Below, one piece after another: positions 24,575 through 37,466 of a stretch of 64,000 nucleotides of DNA. The stretch is taken from assembly GCA_030390025.1 (NCBI GenBank), contig CM059432.1, forward strand, positions 10,106,001 to 10,170,000, written 5' to 3'. Position numbers and translations under genes: made by a program. The notes under the pieces are model-generated. The model was not told the DNA's origin. It searched no databases and worked only from the letters and a program-made list of their open reading frames with translations. This DNA is from Squalus acanthias (taxonomy: Eukaryota). Numbering within the stretch: the first letter of the stretch is position 1; each line of letters opens with the position of its first letter.

Positions 24575-25011
24575 GGGGTATGGTAGCATAGTGGTTATGT
24601 TACTGGACTAGTAATCCTGAGGTCTAGACTAACTGATCTGCAAGACATGAGTTCAAATCCAACTATGGCAGCTGGGAATTTAAATTCAGTTAATTAAATA
24701 AATTTGGAATAAAAAAGCTAGTAGTAGTAATGGTGACCATGAAACTATCGGATTGCTGTAAAAACCCATCTGGTTTACTAATGTCCTTTAGGGAAGGAAA
24801 TCTGCCGTCCTTACCCGGTCTGGCCTATATGTGACTTCAGACCCACAGCAATGTGGTTGACTCTTAACTGCCCTCTGAAATGGCCTAGCAAAACACTCAG
24901 TTGTACCAAACCACTACAAAGAAGTATCATGGACTGTGGCGGTTCAAGATTAGTGGCCCACCACCTTCTCGAGGGCAATTAGGGATGGGCAATAAATGCT
25001 GACTAAAAAAA
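24575..25011 (+). mobile_element. tRNA-headed SINE that is an internally deleted form of LINE family B
   Basis: A box 24584-24594, B box 24649-24660; 24575-~24925 matches the LINE 5' end (21106-~20840); ~24928-25000 matches the LINE 3' end. Confidence 0.88.
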
Positions 25012-25024
25012 ACCAAGCTGCAAT

Positions 25025-25442
25025 GGTAGCTGTGACTCAGTGGGTAGCACTCTCGCTCTCTGCGTCAGAAGGCTGTGGGTTCAAGTCCCACTCCGGAGAC
25101 TTTGAGCACAAAATACAGGCTGACATTTCAGTGCAGTACTGAGGGAGTGCTGCACTGTCTTTCAGATAAGATGTTAAACCAAGGACCCTTCTCAGGTGAA
25201 TGTAAAAGATCCCATGGCACTATTTCGAAAAAGAGCAGGGGGAGTTCTCCCCTGGTGTCCTGGCCATTGTTTATCCCTCAACCAACACCCTAAAACAGGT
25301 GGTCATTATCACTAAGAGAGAGGTGTTTGTGGGAGCTTGCTGTGTGCAAATCGGCTGCCGTGTTTCCTGTACTTCATTGGCTGTAAAGTGCTTTGGGACA
25401 GCTTGGATGCTGTGAAATGTGCAATATAAATTCTTTCTTTTA
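25025..25442 (+). mobile_element. Deu-domain SINE
   Basis: tRNA-like head (gggttcaagtcc), Deu core, tail. Confidence 0.8.
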
Positions 25443-26164
25443 CATAAAAATCATAACTAGACTTCAAAAGTAGTGAAGCATTTAGGAATGCCCTGCAGAC
25501 GTCACTGTATAAATTCAACTGTTTTGTTCTTTACAATGTGAACGCACACCCGCTTCAACTAATCAATGATTAACAGCTACATTTCAGTCAGATGCAGCAT
25601 ACCACAGGTATCTTAACCAGAAGCTGTATATGCCTACATATAAAAGTCCCGCTGCAGGCACAGGCCTCAATTTTGCTTCAATTGCAATATTGACTCATTT
25701 TGTTACCAAGTGATATTTTCCATGGGTTCGGCCGAAGTCTTATTTTTAGCCTATTTTATTGTACTGTGCATTCCTTTCAGCGAAGTACCTCGAGATGCTG
25801 GAGCGGTTCAAAAACTGTGCGCTCACTTCAAAGCTTAAACTTTCTCTTGCGATTCAACCCCATCATTACTTTATGACTGCGAGCATGATTCGCTTTCAAA
25901 ATCGAAAGCTTGCACCGTCCCTTGTAAGGAATAGTGCAACATCTGTCTTTTTTGTAAATGATGTTGCTATTTCCTTTTTGTAATGAACTTATGCCGACAG
26001 TGTCCAAAACATGCTGAATGTTGGGGACGGTTAAATTACTTAATTTCTTCCCCCTAGCTTATTGCATGTTCTCGGAGTATATTGCGACAGTTTGAACTTT
26101 TCATTGAAGCTGAATTTTTATCGATCTTATATGAACGATCTGTCCTGGTCATTTTGAGCTTAGG

Positions 26165-27143
26165 TTTTTTTTAAAATTCATTTATGGGATGTGGGCGTCG
26201 CTGGCAAGGCCAGCATTTATTGCCCATCCCTAATTGCTCTCGAGAAGGTGGTGGTGAGCCGCCTTCTTGAACCGCAGCAGTCCGTGTGGTGAAGGTACTC
26301 CCACGGTGCTGTTAGGGAAGGAGTTCCAGGATTTTGACCCAGCGACGATGAAGGATCGGCGATATACTTCTAAGTCAGGAAGTCCCCTCCTGGGTGCAAA
26401 GGTGAAATGAGAGAGACCACAAAATATTGCAAACTCCATTAATAAATTTATGCATAAACATATCACATATCTTCTAATAACGAATGACCCTCGTGCCTGC
26501 TATAGTTGAATAGCTGTCATTGTGTGCCAGGTGTGAGATGTGGGTGTGAGTGTTGGTAGGTAGGGATTGTTGGTGGGTGAGTGCTGGGGGTGTGGTGCTT
26601 TGGGCAGTGTGTGAAGCTTGTGGTACAGATGGTGGTATGTAGCATTTGTTGAAGCATTCAATCACCTTGACCACCCGAGTGAGGTGAATCTGCCATGAGC
26701 ACCAGCTTCAGTCCTCCGGCTCCTTTTTTTTATTCGCTTATGGGATCTGGGCGTCGCTGGCAAGGCCAGGATTTATTAGCCATGCCTAGTTGCCCTTGAG
26801 AAGGTGGTGGTGAGCCGCCTTCTTGAACTGCTGCAGTCCGTGTGGTGAAGGTACTCCCACAGTGCTGTTAGGGAGGGAGTTCCAGGATTTTGACCCAGCA
26901 ACGATGAAGGATCGGCCGATATACTTCCAAGTCAGGATGGTGTGTGACTTGGAGGGGAACTTGGAGGTGGTGGTGTTCCCCATGCGCCTGCTGCCCTTGT
27001 CCTTCTAGGTGGAAGAGGTCGCGGGCTTGGGAGGTGCTGCCGAAGAAGCCTTAGCGAGTTGCTGCATCTTGTAGATGGTACACACTGCAGCCACGGTGCG
27101 CCAGTGGTGGAGGGAGTGAATGTTTAAGGTGGTGGATGGGGGT
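26165..27143 (-). mobile_element. Two LINE family B 3' ends (26165-26381, 26722-27143) flanking an internal Harbinger fragment (26382-26721)
   Basis: Direct similarity to 17911-18335 and 13405-13775. Confidence 0.85.
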
Positions 27144-27559
27144 GCTAAGGTTGGAACGAGCATAATAACAGTGTCTGATGCCCACAACAGGTCACCAATG
27201 TTAAGTAGCTATATTTATGTAATATTAGAAATTGTTCCAGCATCATAATGCTTGAGGTGAAATCTTTAAAGATGACCATTACAGGAACGCAGAATGGTCT
27301 ACAGGATAAAACATTTATTATAAATTTTAAATAATTTCAAGTTCCTCAACCTTGTCCTCGAATCACTCCACAGCTTCTCTCCACACTATCTAGGAAATGT
27401 CCACCAGCTTATGTCCCTATAACTATAAAAGTGAATTAACTGCATATTAAATAATCACTGCACCATTTTTGTAGAATGCTAACAAATCTTTTTATACAGA
27501 AGACCTCTGCATTTTTTTTCCTGCTTCTATTTCCAACTATTGATAATGTAAGAGCAACT

Positions 27560-28070
27560 GAACACTTTGTTTTGTACGAGTTTTGTACTCCCACATCCTC
27601 CATCCCTTTGATTCCCGACGACTCCCACTTCCTCTGCTCCACCATTTGAGGTGGATCTTCCAGTCGATATGCCCCTTCTCAAGAGTGGAACCAAAGTTAA
27701 TCCCAATCAGCTGTCCAATGGAGCAGAGCCATTGGAAGAAGATCAGGAGGAGTCGCTCAGTGCAGAGGCTGAGGGAGGAAAGAAGCGAGGATGTGAGAGA
27801 AGCTCGGCGTGGGGCTTGGGGTGTGGGGGGGTTGCCGTGGACAATGAGAATTTTAAAGAAAAGTCAAGAAGGATTTTACAGGGCGGAGTGCTTGAAGAGG
27901 AGAAGGTGACAGAAGAGTAGAGGGAGAGATCAAGGTGTGACCTGACAATAAGTGTCACACCATCACCGCAGTGGTTGTGGCAGGGCAAGTAGTGAAGCGT
28001 GTAGGTAGGCGGGAAAGCTTTGGTAAGGGGTAACTTGTTACTATGTGAAAGCCAGGCAGAAAGGAAAATC
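27560..28070 (-). mobile_element. Old L2-like endonuclease fragment
   Basis: PPTYTLHYLP...GDGVTLI and GDF-like remnants; strong purine skew on + strand. Confidence 0.5.
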
Positions 28071-28842
28071 ATGGGTGGAAGATCACACGCCCTTTACAGA
28101 ACCGGTTGAGTTTTCTTTTCCATTACGTTTCAATGGAAGGATTATCAGACGAGTTCTGTTACCGGTGTGATCCTTCATAGCTGTAACTCTACAAATTCTC
28201 ACTGTGTGTTATCCTTCATAACTCTATCCCTACAACCCCTCACTGTGTGTGATCATAGAGTCATAGAATCATAGGATCATAGACTGGTTACAGCACAGAG
28301 GAGGCCATTCAGCCCATTGAGCCCTTGCCGGCTCTCTGCAAGAGCACTTCAGCTAGTCCCACTCCCCCACCCTTTCCCCGTAGTCCTGAAAAGTTTTTTC
28401 ATTCATAGCTCGAACCCTACAACCCCTCAATGTCTGTGATCCTCTCCACCAGATTTTCCTTTTAGTGTACCACCCAGGTGCTGCCGAATGCCCAAGGCAG
28501 TGAGACGAAAATCCACTCCAAAGTGTTTACAATTTTGCTATTATTGACCAGTGTAATTCTTTACCGTGCGTTTATTTAATAACTTTTGGAATTTGTAACA
28601 ATGTGGAATGAAACATTTTTGTTTGTGTTTTGCATGCCCAGTATTGAGCACAGCCGGCTCAAATAATGGCACAGAACTGATACAGGGCAAAACTATAGCT
28701 ACTCTACATCATCAGAGGAGCATCCCATACTCCCTTATAGAATCATAGAATCATACAGCACAGAAGGAAGCCATTCAGCCCATCGTGCCTATGCCAGCTC
28801 TTTGAAAGTTCCACTCACCTGCTCTTTCCCCATAACCTGCAA

Positions 28843-29675
28843 AGGGATATAGTTAAGTGAGTGGGCAAGAAGGTGGCAGATGGAGTACAATGCAGGGAAA
28901 TGTGAGGTTATTCACTTTGGTAAGAAGAATAGAAAAATTGAATTTTTTTAAATGGTGAGAAATTATTAAATGTTGGTGTTCAGAAAGATTTGGATATCCT
29001 TGTACATGGAACACAAAGAGTTAACATGCAGGTACAGCAAGCAATAAGGAAGGCAAATAGTATGTTGGCCTTTATTGCAAGGGGGTTGCAGTATAAGAGT
29101 AAGGAAGTCTTGCTACAATTGTACAGGGCCTTGGTGAGACCACACCTGGAGTACTGTGCACAGTTTTGGTCTCCTTTTCTAAGGAAGGATATACTTGCCT
29201 TGGAGGCGGTGCAACGAAGGTTCACTAGATTGATTCCTGGGATGAGAGAGTTGTCCTATGAGGAGAGATTGAGTAGATTGGGCCTATACTCTCTGGAGTT
29301 TAGAAAAATGAGAGGTGATTTCATTGAAACATGTAAGATTCTGAGGGGGATTAACAGGGTAGATGCTGAGAGGCTGTTTCCCCCAACTGGAGTGTCTAGA
29401 ACTATGGGGTCATAGTCTCAGGAAAAGGGGTCAGCCATTTAGGACCAAGATGAGGAGAAATTTCTTCACTCAGAGGAGTGCGAATCTTTGGAATTCTCTA
29501 CCCCAGAGGGCTGTGGAGGCTCAGTCGTTGAGTATATTCGAGACTGAGATCGATAGATTTTTGGACTCTAAGGGAATCAAGAGATATGGGGATCGAGTGG
29601 GAAAGTGGAGTTGAGGTAGAAGGTCTTATTGAATGGCGGAGCAGGTTCGAGGGGCCGAATGGATTAATCCTGCTC
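28843..29675 (+). mobile_element. CR1 RT/3' portion
   Basis: KCEVIHFG, LVRPHLEYC, NFFTQR motifs. Confidence 0.9.
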
Positions 29676-30585
29676 CTTTTTTTAATTCGTTCATGGGATG
29701 TGGGCGTCTCTGGCAAGGCCAACATTTATTGCCCATCCCTAATTGCCCTTGAGAAGGTGGTGGTGAGCCGCCTTCTTGAACCGCTGCAGTCCGTATGGCA
29801 AAGGTACTCCCACAGTGCTGTTAGGGAGGGAGTTCATTGATTTTGATCCAGCGACGATGAAGGAACGGCCGATTTATTTCCAAGTCAGGATGGTGTGTGA
29901 CTTGGAGGGGAACTTGGAGGTGGTGGTGTTCCCATGCACCTGCTGCCCTTGTCCTTCTAGGTGATAGAGGTCGTGGGTTTGGGAGGTGCTGGTACGCCAG
30001 TGGTGGAGGGAGTGAATGTTTAAGGTGGTGGATGGATGCCAATCAAGCGGGCTGCTTTGTCCTGGATGGTGTTGAGCTTCTTGAGTGTTGTTGGAGCTGC
30101 ACTCATCCAGGCAAGTGGAGAGTATTCCATCACACTCCTTACTTGTGCGTTGTAGATGGTGGAAAGACTTTGGGGAGTCAGGCGGTGAGACACTCGCCAC
30201 AGAATACCTAGCCTCTGACCTGCTCTTGTTGCCACAGTATTTATGTGGCTGGTCCAGTTGAGTTTCTGGTCAATGGTGACCCTCCAGGATGTTAATGGTG
30301 GGGGATTCGGCGATGGTAATGCCGTTGAATGTCAAGGCGCGGTGGTTAGACTCTCACTTGTTGGAGGTAGTCATTGCTGATTACCACCTACCGCCCTCCC
30401 TCAGCTGATGAACCAGTACTCCTCCATGTTGAACACCACTTGGAAGAAGCACTGAGAGTAGCAAGGGCACAGAATGTACTCTGGGTGGGGGACTTCAATG
30501 TCCATCACCAAGAGTGGCTCGGTAGCACCACGACTGACCGAGCTGGCCGAGTCCTGAAGGACATAACTGCCAGTCTGGGCCTGCC
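29676..30585. mobile_element. LINE family B copy with 5' inversion (- 29676-30377; + 30374-30585)
   Basis: 3' end on - strand joined head-to-head to an APE segment (LITTYRPP...VGDFN) on + strand. Confidence 0.82.
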
Positions 30586-30617
30586 AATATTTCCTATTTC
30601 CTTGTGTTCTTATGTAA

Positions 30618-30877
30618 CCTTACGGTTTCTTCCTTTTCAAGTACATGTCCAATTCCCTATTAAAAGTTACTATTGAATCTGCTTCTACCACCCTTTGAGG
30701 CAGTTCATTCCAGATCATAACAACACGCTGAGTAAAAAGAATCTCCTCCTCTCCCCCTCTGCCTTTATTGCCAATTATCTTAAATCTTGTTACAAACCCA
30801 CTTGCCAGTGGAAACAGATTCTCCCTATCCACCCTATCAAAGCCCTTCATAATTTTGAACACCTCTATTAAATCTCA
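30618..30877 (-). mobile_element. CR1 3' fragment
   Basis: FKIMKGFDRVDRE.LFPL...FTQRVV.IWN. Confidence 0.8.
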
Positions 30878-31644
30878 TTTTATTTCCCACACCAACCTTC
30901 CTTGGGACATGCCTGAGTGAGAGTGGCAATTAATGCAAAAATTATGCGCTGTAGAATCACATCTGGTAAGAACTTTTACCTGATGTGTGAGAAGAATAAT
31001 CTGTTCCATCTCATAAATATTTCAAAATGTGAAAGTTTCGCAAAAGATTACCGTCTTCAATCAATTTCCAACGCAAATAATAAAACTGTTAACAGACAAA
31101 TTAAAATGAAATCTCCCGGGGAGTCAGCCGACAAAGATTAAAAAATAACCTTTACACGGTTCCGTCAGAGAATTTCAGCCTTCAAGCTGAGAGACAGTCT
31201 CAGTCAGGGAGCTGCTTAGATGCTGGACAAATAACAGAAAATGTAATTAGTCCTGTGACAACACAGGAAGGAGCTGGTGTGAAAGGCAGATCGCAGAATC
31301 TGTGAAGTTGAGGAACTGCGTCCTCGGGCGGTTACTGAGTTACTCAGTGTCAGTCAAGGATTTGGTCCTGGGGCTCCTCTGAGCGGAGCTCACAGATGAT
31401 TTCCCTGCTGAGGTTGTTTTCCGATCAGAGCACCTAGGCATGTGCAATTAGAATGTAGTGACACCCATTTGACTAGGACAGAGACTGGGGTTTTTGGGGG
31501 GACCCGTAGGCCTCAGATATTCAGCCTTAAAAGTGTCCAGTTGCTGTCTATTAATGACCTTCACCACAATCAAATAACTTGTGGTATTTCTTATGATTTG
31601 AGACATAAATGGCAGGTGTGAAATTGATGGCATTATATATCAGG

Positions 31645-31767
31645 ATGTGGAGATGCCGGTGTTGGACTGGGGTGGACAAAAATGAGAAGTCGCACAACAC
31701 CAGGTTATAGTCCAACAGATTTATTTAAAATTACAAGCTTTCGGAGCTGTCGCCCCTTCGTCAGGTA
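31645..31767 (-). mobile_element. Penelope-like end (P1) with hammerhead motif at 31732-31767
   Basis: tac-CTGACGA-A-GGGGC-gaca-GCTCC-GAAA-GCTT-gta. Confidence 0.8.
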
Positions 31768-32134
31768 GAGTAGCTGAGTAGCTGATCTCTGAGCTGGTGC
31801 TGGGAAGAGATAGAGCGAGGGGCGGTGCTTCTTCGAGAGGGTTCTCCTCCTCCTTCGCAAGATGAAGCAGAAGCCTTGGAGGGGGAGAAGGGACAAGGGT
31901 TATTATGGAGAAAACAGCTAACAGAGCAGGGGATGACTGTCAACGTTAGACGGCACCAAAGTGCCACTACATGCAGGATAGTGAGAGGAAAGAGAGATTG
32001 TAGTAATAAAGGTAGACACCATACTGTGGGCGTGTGCCAGGCTTACCATCACCAATGCTTCTGGCTGCTCCTTGCCCCAAATCTGCATCGCTTCCTCCTC
32101 CATTCTGAGTGACGGGGTGGATGGAGGCATCTGC

Positions 32135-33955
32135 CCCCCTACCACCCTCTCCCCCTCCCCATCCCCACCCCCACCCTCTCCCCCTCCCCCCTCTGCCCCA
32201 CCCTCTCCCCCTCCCCCACCCTCTCCCCCTCCCCCCCTCCGTCCCAACCTCTCCCCCTCCCCATTCCGCCCACACCCTCGCCCCCCTCCACCCACACCCT
32301 CTCCTCCTCCGCCCCACCCTCTCCCCCTCCCCCACCCTCTCCCCCTCCGCCCCACCCACTCCCCCTCCCCCACCCTCTCCCCCTCCCCCACCCTCTCCCC
32401 CTCCCCCCTCCGCCCCACCCTCTCCCCCTCCCCCACCCTCTCCCCCTCCACCCAAACCCCCTCCCCCTCCTCCCCCACCCTCTCCCCCTCCCCCACCCTC
32501 TCCCCCACCCCCACCCTCTCCCCCTCCCCCACCCTCTCCCCCACCCTCTCCCCCACCCTCTCCCCCACCCTCTCCCCCTCCCCCACCCTCTCCCCCTCCG
32601 CCCCACCCTCTCCCCCTCCGCCCCACCCTCTCCCCCTCCCCCCTCCGCCCCACCCTCTCCCCCTCCCCCCCTCCGCCCCAACCTCTCCCCCTGCCGCACC
32701 CTCTCCCCCGCCCCCCTCCACCCACACCCTCTCCTCCTCCGCCCCACCCTCTCCACCTCCCCCACCCTCTCCCCCTTCCCCCCTCCACCCACACCCTCTC
32801 CCCCTCCCCCACCCTCTCCCCCCACCCTCTCCCTCCTCCACCCTACCCTCTCCCCCCTCCGCCCCACCCTCTCCCCCTCCCCCACCCTCTCCCCCTACGC
32901 CCCACCCTCTCCCCCTCCGCCCCACCTCTCCCCTCCCCTCCGCCCCACCCTCTCCCCCTCCCCCCTCCGCCCCAACCTCTCCCCCTCCCCCACCCTCTCC
33001 CCCCCCCATTCCGCCCACACCCTCGCCCCCCTCCACCCACACCCTCTCCTCCTCCGCCCCACCCTCTCCCCCTCCCCCCACCCTCTCCCCCTCCGCCCCA
33101 CCCTCTCCCCCTCCCCCCACCCTCTCCCCCACCCTCTCCCCCCTCCGCCCCACCCTCTCCACCCTCTCCCCCCTCCGCCCACACCCTCTCCCGCCTCCCC
33201 CACCCTCTCCCCCTCCGCCCACACCCTCTCCCCCTCCCCCCCACCCTCTCCCCCCTCCGCCCCCACCCTCTCCCCCTCCCCCCCACCCTCTCCCCCCTCC
33301 GCCTCCACCCTCTCCCCCTCCACCTACCCTCTCCCCTCCCCCATCCGCTCCCCTCCACCCACCCTCTCCCCCTCCACCCACCCTCTCCCCCTCCGCCCCA
33401 CCCTCTCCCCCCTCCGCCCACACCCTCTCACCCCTCCCCCCACCCTCTCCCCCCTCCCACCACCCTCTCCCCCTCCCCCACCCTCTCCTCCTCCCCCACC
33501 CTCTCCTCTCCCCCCTCCGCCCACACCCTCTCCCCCCCTTCCCCCCCACCCTCTCCCTCCTCCGCCTCCACCCTCTCCCCTCCCTCCCATCCGCTCCCCT
33601 CCACCCACCCTCTCCCCCTCCGCCCCACCCTTTCCCCCTCTGCCCCACCCTCTACCCACTCCGCCCACACCCTCTCACCCCTCCCTCCCCCACCTTCTCA
33701 CCCCTCCCCACCCCCACCCTCTCACCCCTCCCCACCCCCACCCTCTAACCCCTCCCCACCCCCACCCTCTCACCCCTCCCCACCCCCACCCTCTCACCCC
33801 TCCCCACCCCCACCCTCTCACCCCTCCCCACCCCCACCCTCTCACCCCTCCCCACCCCCACCCTCTCACCCCTCCCCACCCCCCACCCTCTCACCCCCCA
33901 CCCTCTCACCCCTCCCCCGCCCCCACCCTCTCACCCCTCCCCACCCCTCTCCCCT
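32135..33955. repeat. C-rich variant minisatellite (~17-20-nt CCCCACCCTCTCCCCCT(CCG) units, then ~24-nt CCCTCCCCACCCCCACCCTCTCAC units)
   Basis: Visible directly; extreme C skew on + strand. Confidence 0.95.
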
Positions 33956-34189
33956 CAATGCCTGGAAAGCCCACAAATGAAATGCAAATAAGTCTCGGCT
34001 GTCAGACTTGACCATGGGTTCCGCACCACGTGACTGGGGCAACCAGATCGATCGCCCCCACCCACTGACCACCCGAACACTGCCTGGGGTGGGGGGGAGG
34101 AGGGCGGGGAATCTACCCCAGAGACTCATTGTTGTTTTCTTGTGCAAAAGCTACGATTAGACAGTTCCTGGTTCTTGCTAAGTTAGACT

Positions 34190-34765
34190 CATCTGGAGCA
34201 CTGCCTTCAGTGCTGGGCACCAGTCCTCAGGAAGGGTTATTGGCCTTGGAGAGGGAGCAGCGCAGATTCACCTTGATGATACCGGAGCTAAAAGGGTTAA
34301 ATTATGAGGAATGGCTACAGAGACTAGGATTGTATTGCCTTGAGTATAGAACATCAAGGGGTGAACTAATTGAGGTGTTCAAGATGATTAAAGGATTTTA
34401 TAGGGTAGAGAGAGAGAAACTATTTGCTCCGGTGGGGGGATGTCCGGAACAAGGGGGCAGAACCTTAAAATTAGAGCTAGGCCGTTCAGGGGTGATGTCA
34501 GGAAGCACTTCTTCTATTTAAAAGGTCTTCTATTTAAAACCTATTCTAGTGGAAATCTGGAACTCTCTCCCCCAAAAAGCTGTTGAGTCTGGAGGTCAAT
34601 TGAAAATGTAAAAACCGAGATTGAAAGATTTCAGTTAGGCAAGGGTATTGAGAGGTACGGAACCAAGGCGGGTAGATGGAGTTAAGATGCAGATCAGCCG
34701 TGATCTAACTGAATGTCGGAACAGGCTCAAGGGGCTGAATGGACTACTGCTGATTCCCAGGTCCC
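34190..34765 (+). mobile_element. CR1 3' portion
   Basis: LALEREQRRFT...RGELIEVFKMIKG. Confidence 0.85.
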
Positions 34766-35384
34766 TAAGTTAGCTCGTCTGCGACGCCCCGCTCAGCCCC
34801 CATTTCAGTAAACTGCTGTTAGGACTCACACGTCAATCATGGCCACTCGCTCGCTGCCAGGATCCTCGGAACGTGCCTCCGCATGATTCAACACCTTCGG
34901 CAAAAGGGAGGAGAAAATTGAGGGAAAAAATACATCAAAAAAATCCAAGTGAGATGGGAGGCAGTTTGCTTCGAATGTTAGGGATTCTGTTTCATGTTAT
35001 GTTTAAAACCGAACATCTTTACCAGCACGTGCAAGGAGAACGATCGTTACACAGGGGTGTAAAAGTTGAACCAGATAATCGCAAGGGGAAAAAAAAAATC
35101 AAACAGATCTGGAATGCAGTTCACAGCATCTTGATCTGTAATAAAGAAAAAAAAATTCAATTGAACGGATTCAATTACTCCTGTGTTACACCTACAACAG
35201 GTTACTGTCATTAGCATGTAATTACATCAGTTAAAATAATGCAATTCTGCGTTTGTTTTACAATGCATCAACCACTTCCAGCAAACATATTTATCTAATT
35301 TACTTGGATATTTATTGCACATTAACTTCTGATGGCATATGTTATTATCAATTTCCCCAATTTTCTCCTCTCCTTTGCTGAAGG

Positions 35385-35778
35385 TTGAGAGGAGATTTGC
35401 TAGAGGTGTTCAAAATCATGAGGGGTCTGGACAGAGTAGAGAGAGAGAAACTGTTCCCATTGGCGGAAGGGTCGAGAACCAGAGGACACAGATTTAAGGT
35501 GATTGGCAAAAGAACCAAAGGCGACGTAAGAAAAAACTTTTTTACGCAGCGAGTGGTTAGGATCTGGAATGCACTGCCTGAAAGGGTGGTGGAGGCAGAT
35601 TCAATCGTGGCTTTCAAAAGGGAGTTGGATAAGTACCCGAAGGAAAGAAATTTGCAGGGCTATGGGGAAAGGGCTGGGGAGGGGGACTGGCTGAAGTGCT
35701 CTTGCAGAGAGCCGGCACGGGCTCGACAGGCCGAATGGCCTCCTTCCGTGCTGTAACCATTCTATGATTCTATGATTC
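35385..35778 (+). mobile_element. CR1 3' end
   Basis: RGDLLEVFKI...NFFTQRVVRIWN; (attctatg)n tail. Confidence 0.9.
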
Positions 35779-36291
35779 AACACCCACTGTGATGCAAATT
35801 ATTACCGGGCAGGTAATTTAACTGATAACCTTAAAGTAATACCGAGAGAATATTCTTGTGTTAGAATTGGACTGGGATTATATCAATGAATATAACTTGA
35901 TGTTTAATGAGAAAGGCAAGGGTATTAAGAGTTACGGAACCAATGCGGGTAGATGGAGATAAGATACAGATCAGCCATGATCTAATTAAATGGAAGAACA
36001 GGTTCAAGGGGCTGAATGGCCTCCTCCTGTTCCTATGAAACTTTAACAGCCTGTTTAACATCTCATCCTGTCTTTGATCAAAGCTGAGTTATTCAAAAAA
36101 GTTGAAATGATTCTAATTGTAAGCATAGAATTAAATATCATTTCCGAAGGTAAAATTGAGGATTCTGAGGGTGTAACTTTAATTAATTTAGTTGGTGCAT
36201 ATAATGCAACAATTAGAAAGAGTGACAGAGCTTGAATTTACATAGTGCTAGATTTCCTGAAGCACTTCTCAGGCAAACAATTCCTTCAGAA

Positions 36292-36390
36292 GTAAAAACA
36301 GAAAATGTTGGAACACACACAGCAGGTCAGGCAGCATCTGTAGGGAGAGAAACAGAGTTAGCGTTTCAGGTCGATGACCTTGCATCAGAA
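36292..36390 (-). mobile_element. Penelope-like end (P2), hammerhead core mutated
   Basis: Similar to 12360-12457; core reads CTGATGC. Confidence 0.7.
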
Positions 36391-36633
36391 CATTTACTTT
36401 TGAAGTGCAGTTAATTAATAAGGAACCTTCCAATTACTTAGGTTCAAGAGACCTCAGATTCACCAATGCTGCCCACTTGAACTCTGAACACCGTCTGGTT
36501 GGGGATCAGATACATCAATCAGACCACAAGTGTCAATATAAATCATGTGTTAAAAATACTGCAGACGGCATGCAATTCCTAGCCACGTGGGCATTACTTC
36601 CTGGGTCATAATTTTTGAGTTATAGAGTCATAT

Positions 36634-36879
36634 GGGCTGGATTTTGTCTTGGGGTCGGGTTAGGGTTGTATTACCCGAATTTCGTGTTGTCCCCCTGACT
36701 CCAGATGAATGTGGATGAATGATGCAATTTTCACTTAATTGGGCAATTGAGTTCCAGCATGTGGGAGCCTATGAACCAATTAGTGGTTTCAGTGGGAAAG
36801 TCGCCTCTGATGATGTCATCAATGCAGGCTGCCTGGTCTCAGAGATTGCCTGGCTTTTGCTGTGAGTGGATCTGGATGC

Positions 36880-36914
<35 letters not shown>

Positions 36915-37386
36915 TTTTTCTATCAGGGCCTCTCACAGCAAGGCCAGGCAGTCTCTGAAGAAAATGCAGCAGCATCAGACCTAATACTACTACCCATCAC
37001 AATACTACTACCCATCAAATACTACTACTACCTTCATCACATCTCCGTTGTAATAGTGGACCTGCAGCTGATAGTCAGCTATCCACTTGTGCTCCCGCCA
37101 GGTTTCACTGGCGTGTTTCACATCAGGCGTACTTCACGTCGGAAAAGGGTTAAACTAGCTAAAACGTTTCAAAATGGCATTACAGAGCCAATTTAGGGTT
37201 GTTAAGGGCTTTAATGGCCTCTCCCACCTCTTGGAGGCGGGACGGAGTCGGGAACTCCGTGACCCATTTTGTCAAAATTGCGTGGAGGCGGGATGGAGTC
37301 GGGATGGGGTCGGGACCCCCGACCCCGCAACTTTAACCCCCCACACGCCTCCAAACCCGACTCCACGGTCATTGAAAATCCAGCCC
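36634..37386. mobile_element. MITE-like DNA transposon (Harbinger-like TIRs)
   Basis: Perfect 12-bp TIR gggctggatttt / aaaatccagccc, subterminal inverted motifs; sits in the CR1 tail microsatellite; TSD ambiguous (TA or ATA). Confidence 0.8.
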
Positions 37387-37466
37387 ATAGAGTCATGGAG
37401 TTATACAGCACAGAAAGAGGCCCGTCGGCCCATCATGTCTGCGCCAGCCATCAAGCCCTATCTATT

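Noticed and set aside
25781..25923. Possible internal exon (ttcctttcag...gtaagg, one open frame)
   Set aside because: Peptide not recognisable, weak donor, no partner exons; cannot be supported without RNA data.
28165..28445. Spaced ~41-bp direct repeats (CRISPR-like?)
   Set aside because: Degenerate tandem minisatellite split by a CR1 tail; no unique spacers, no cas genes, vertebrate context.
31918..33980. Long Pro-rich and Gly/Arg/Glu-rich ORFs (558-623 aa) resembling extensins
   Set aside because: Open in several frames on both strands only because the C-rich repeat lacks stop codons.
34829..34895. Minus-strand acceptor/donor pair suggesting a small exon
   Set aside because: The same pyrimidine tract recurs at ~35350, pointing to an old dispersed repeat.
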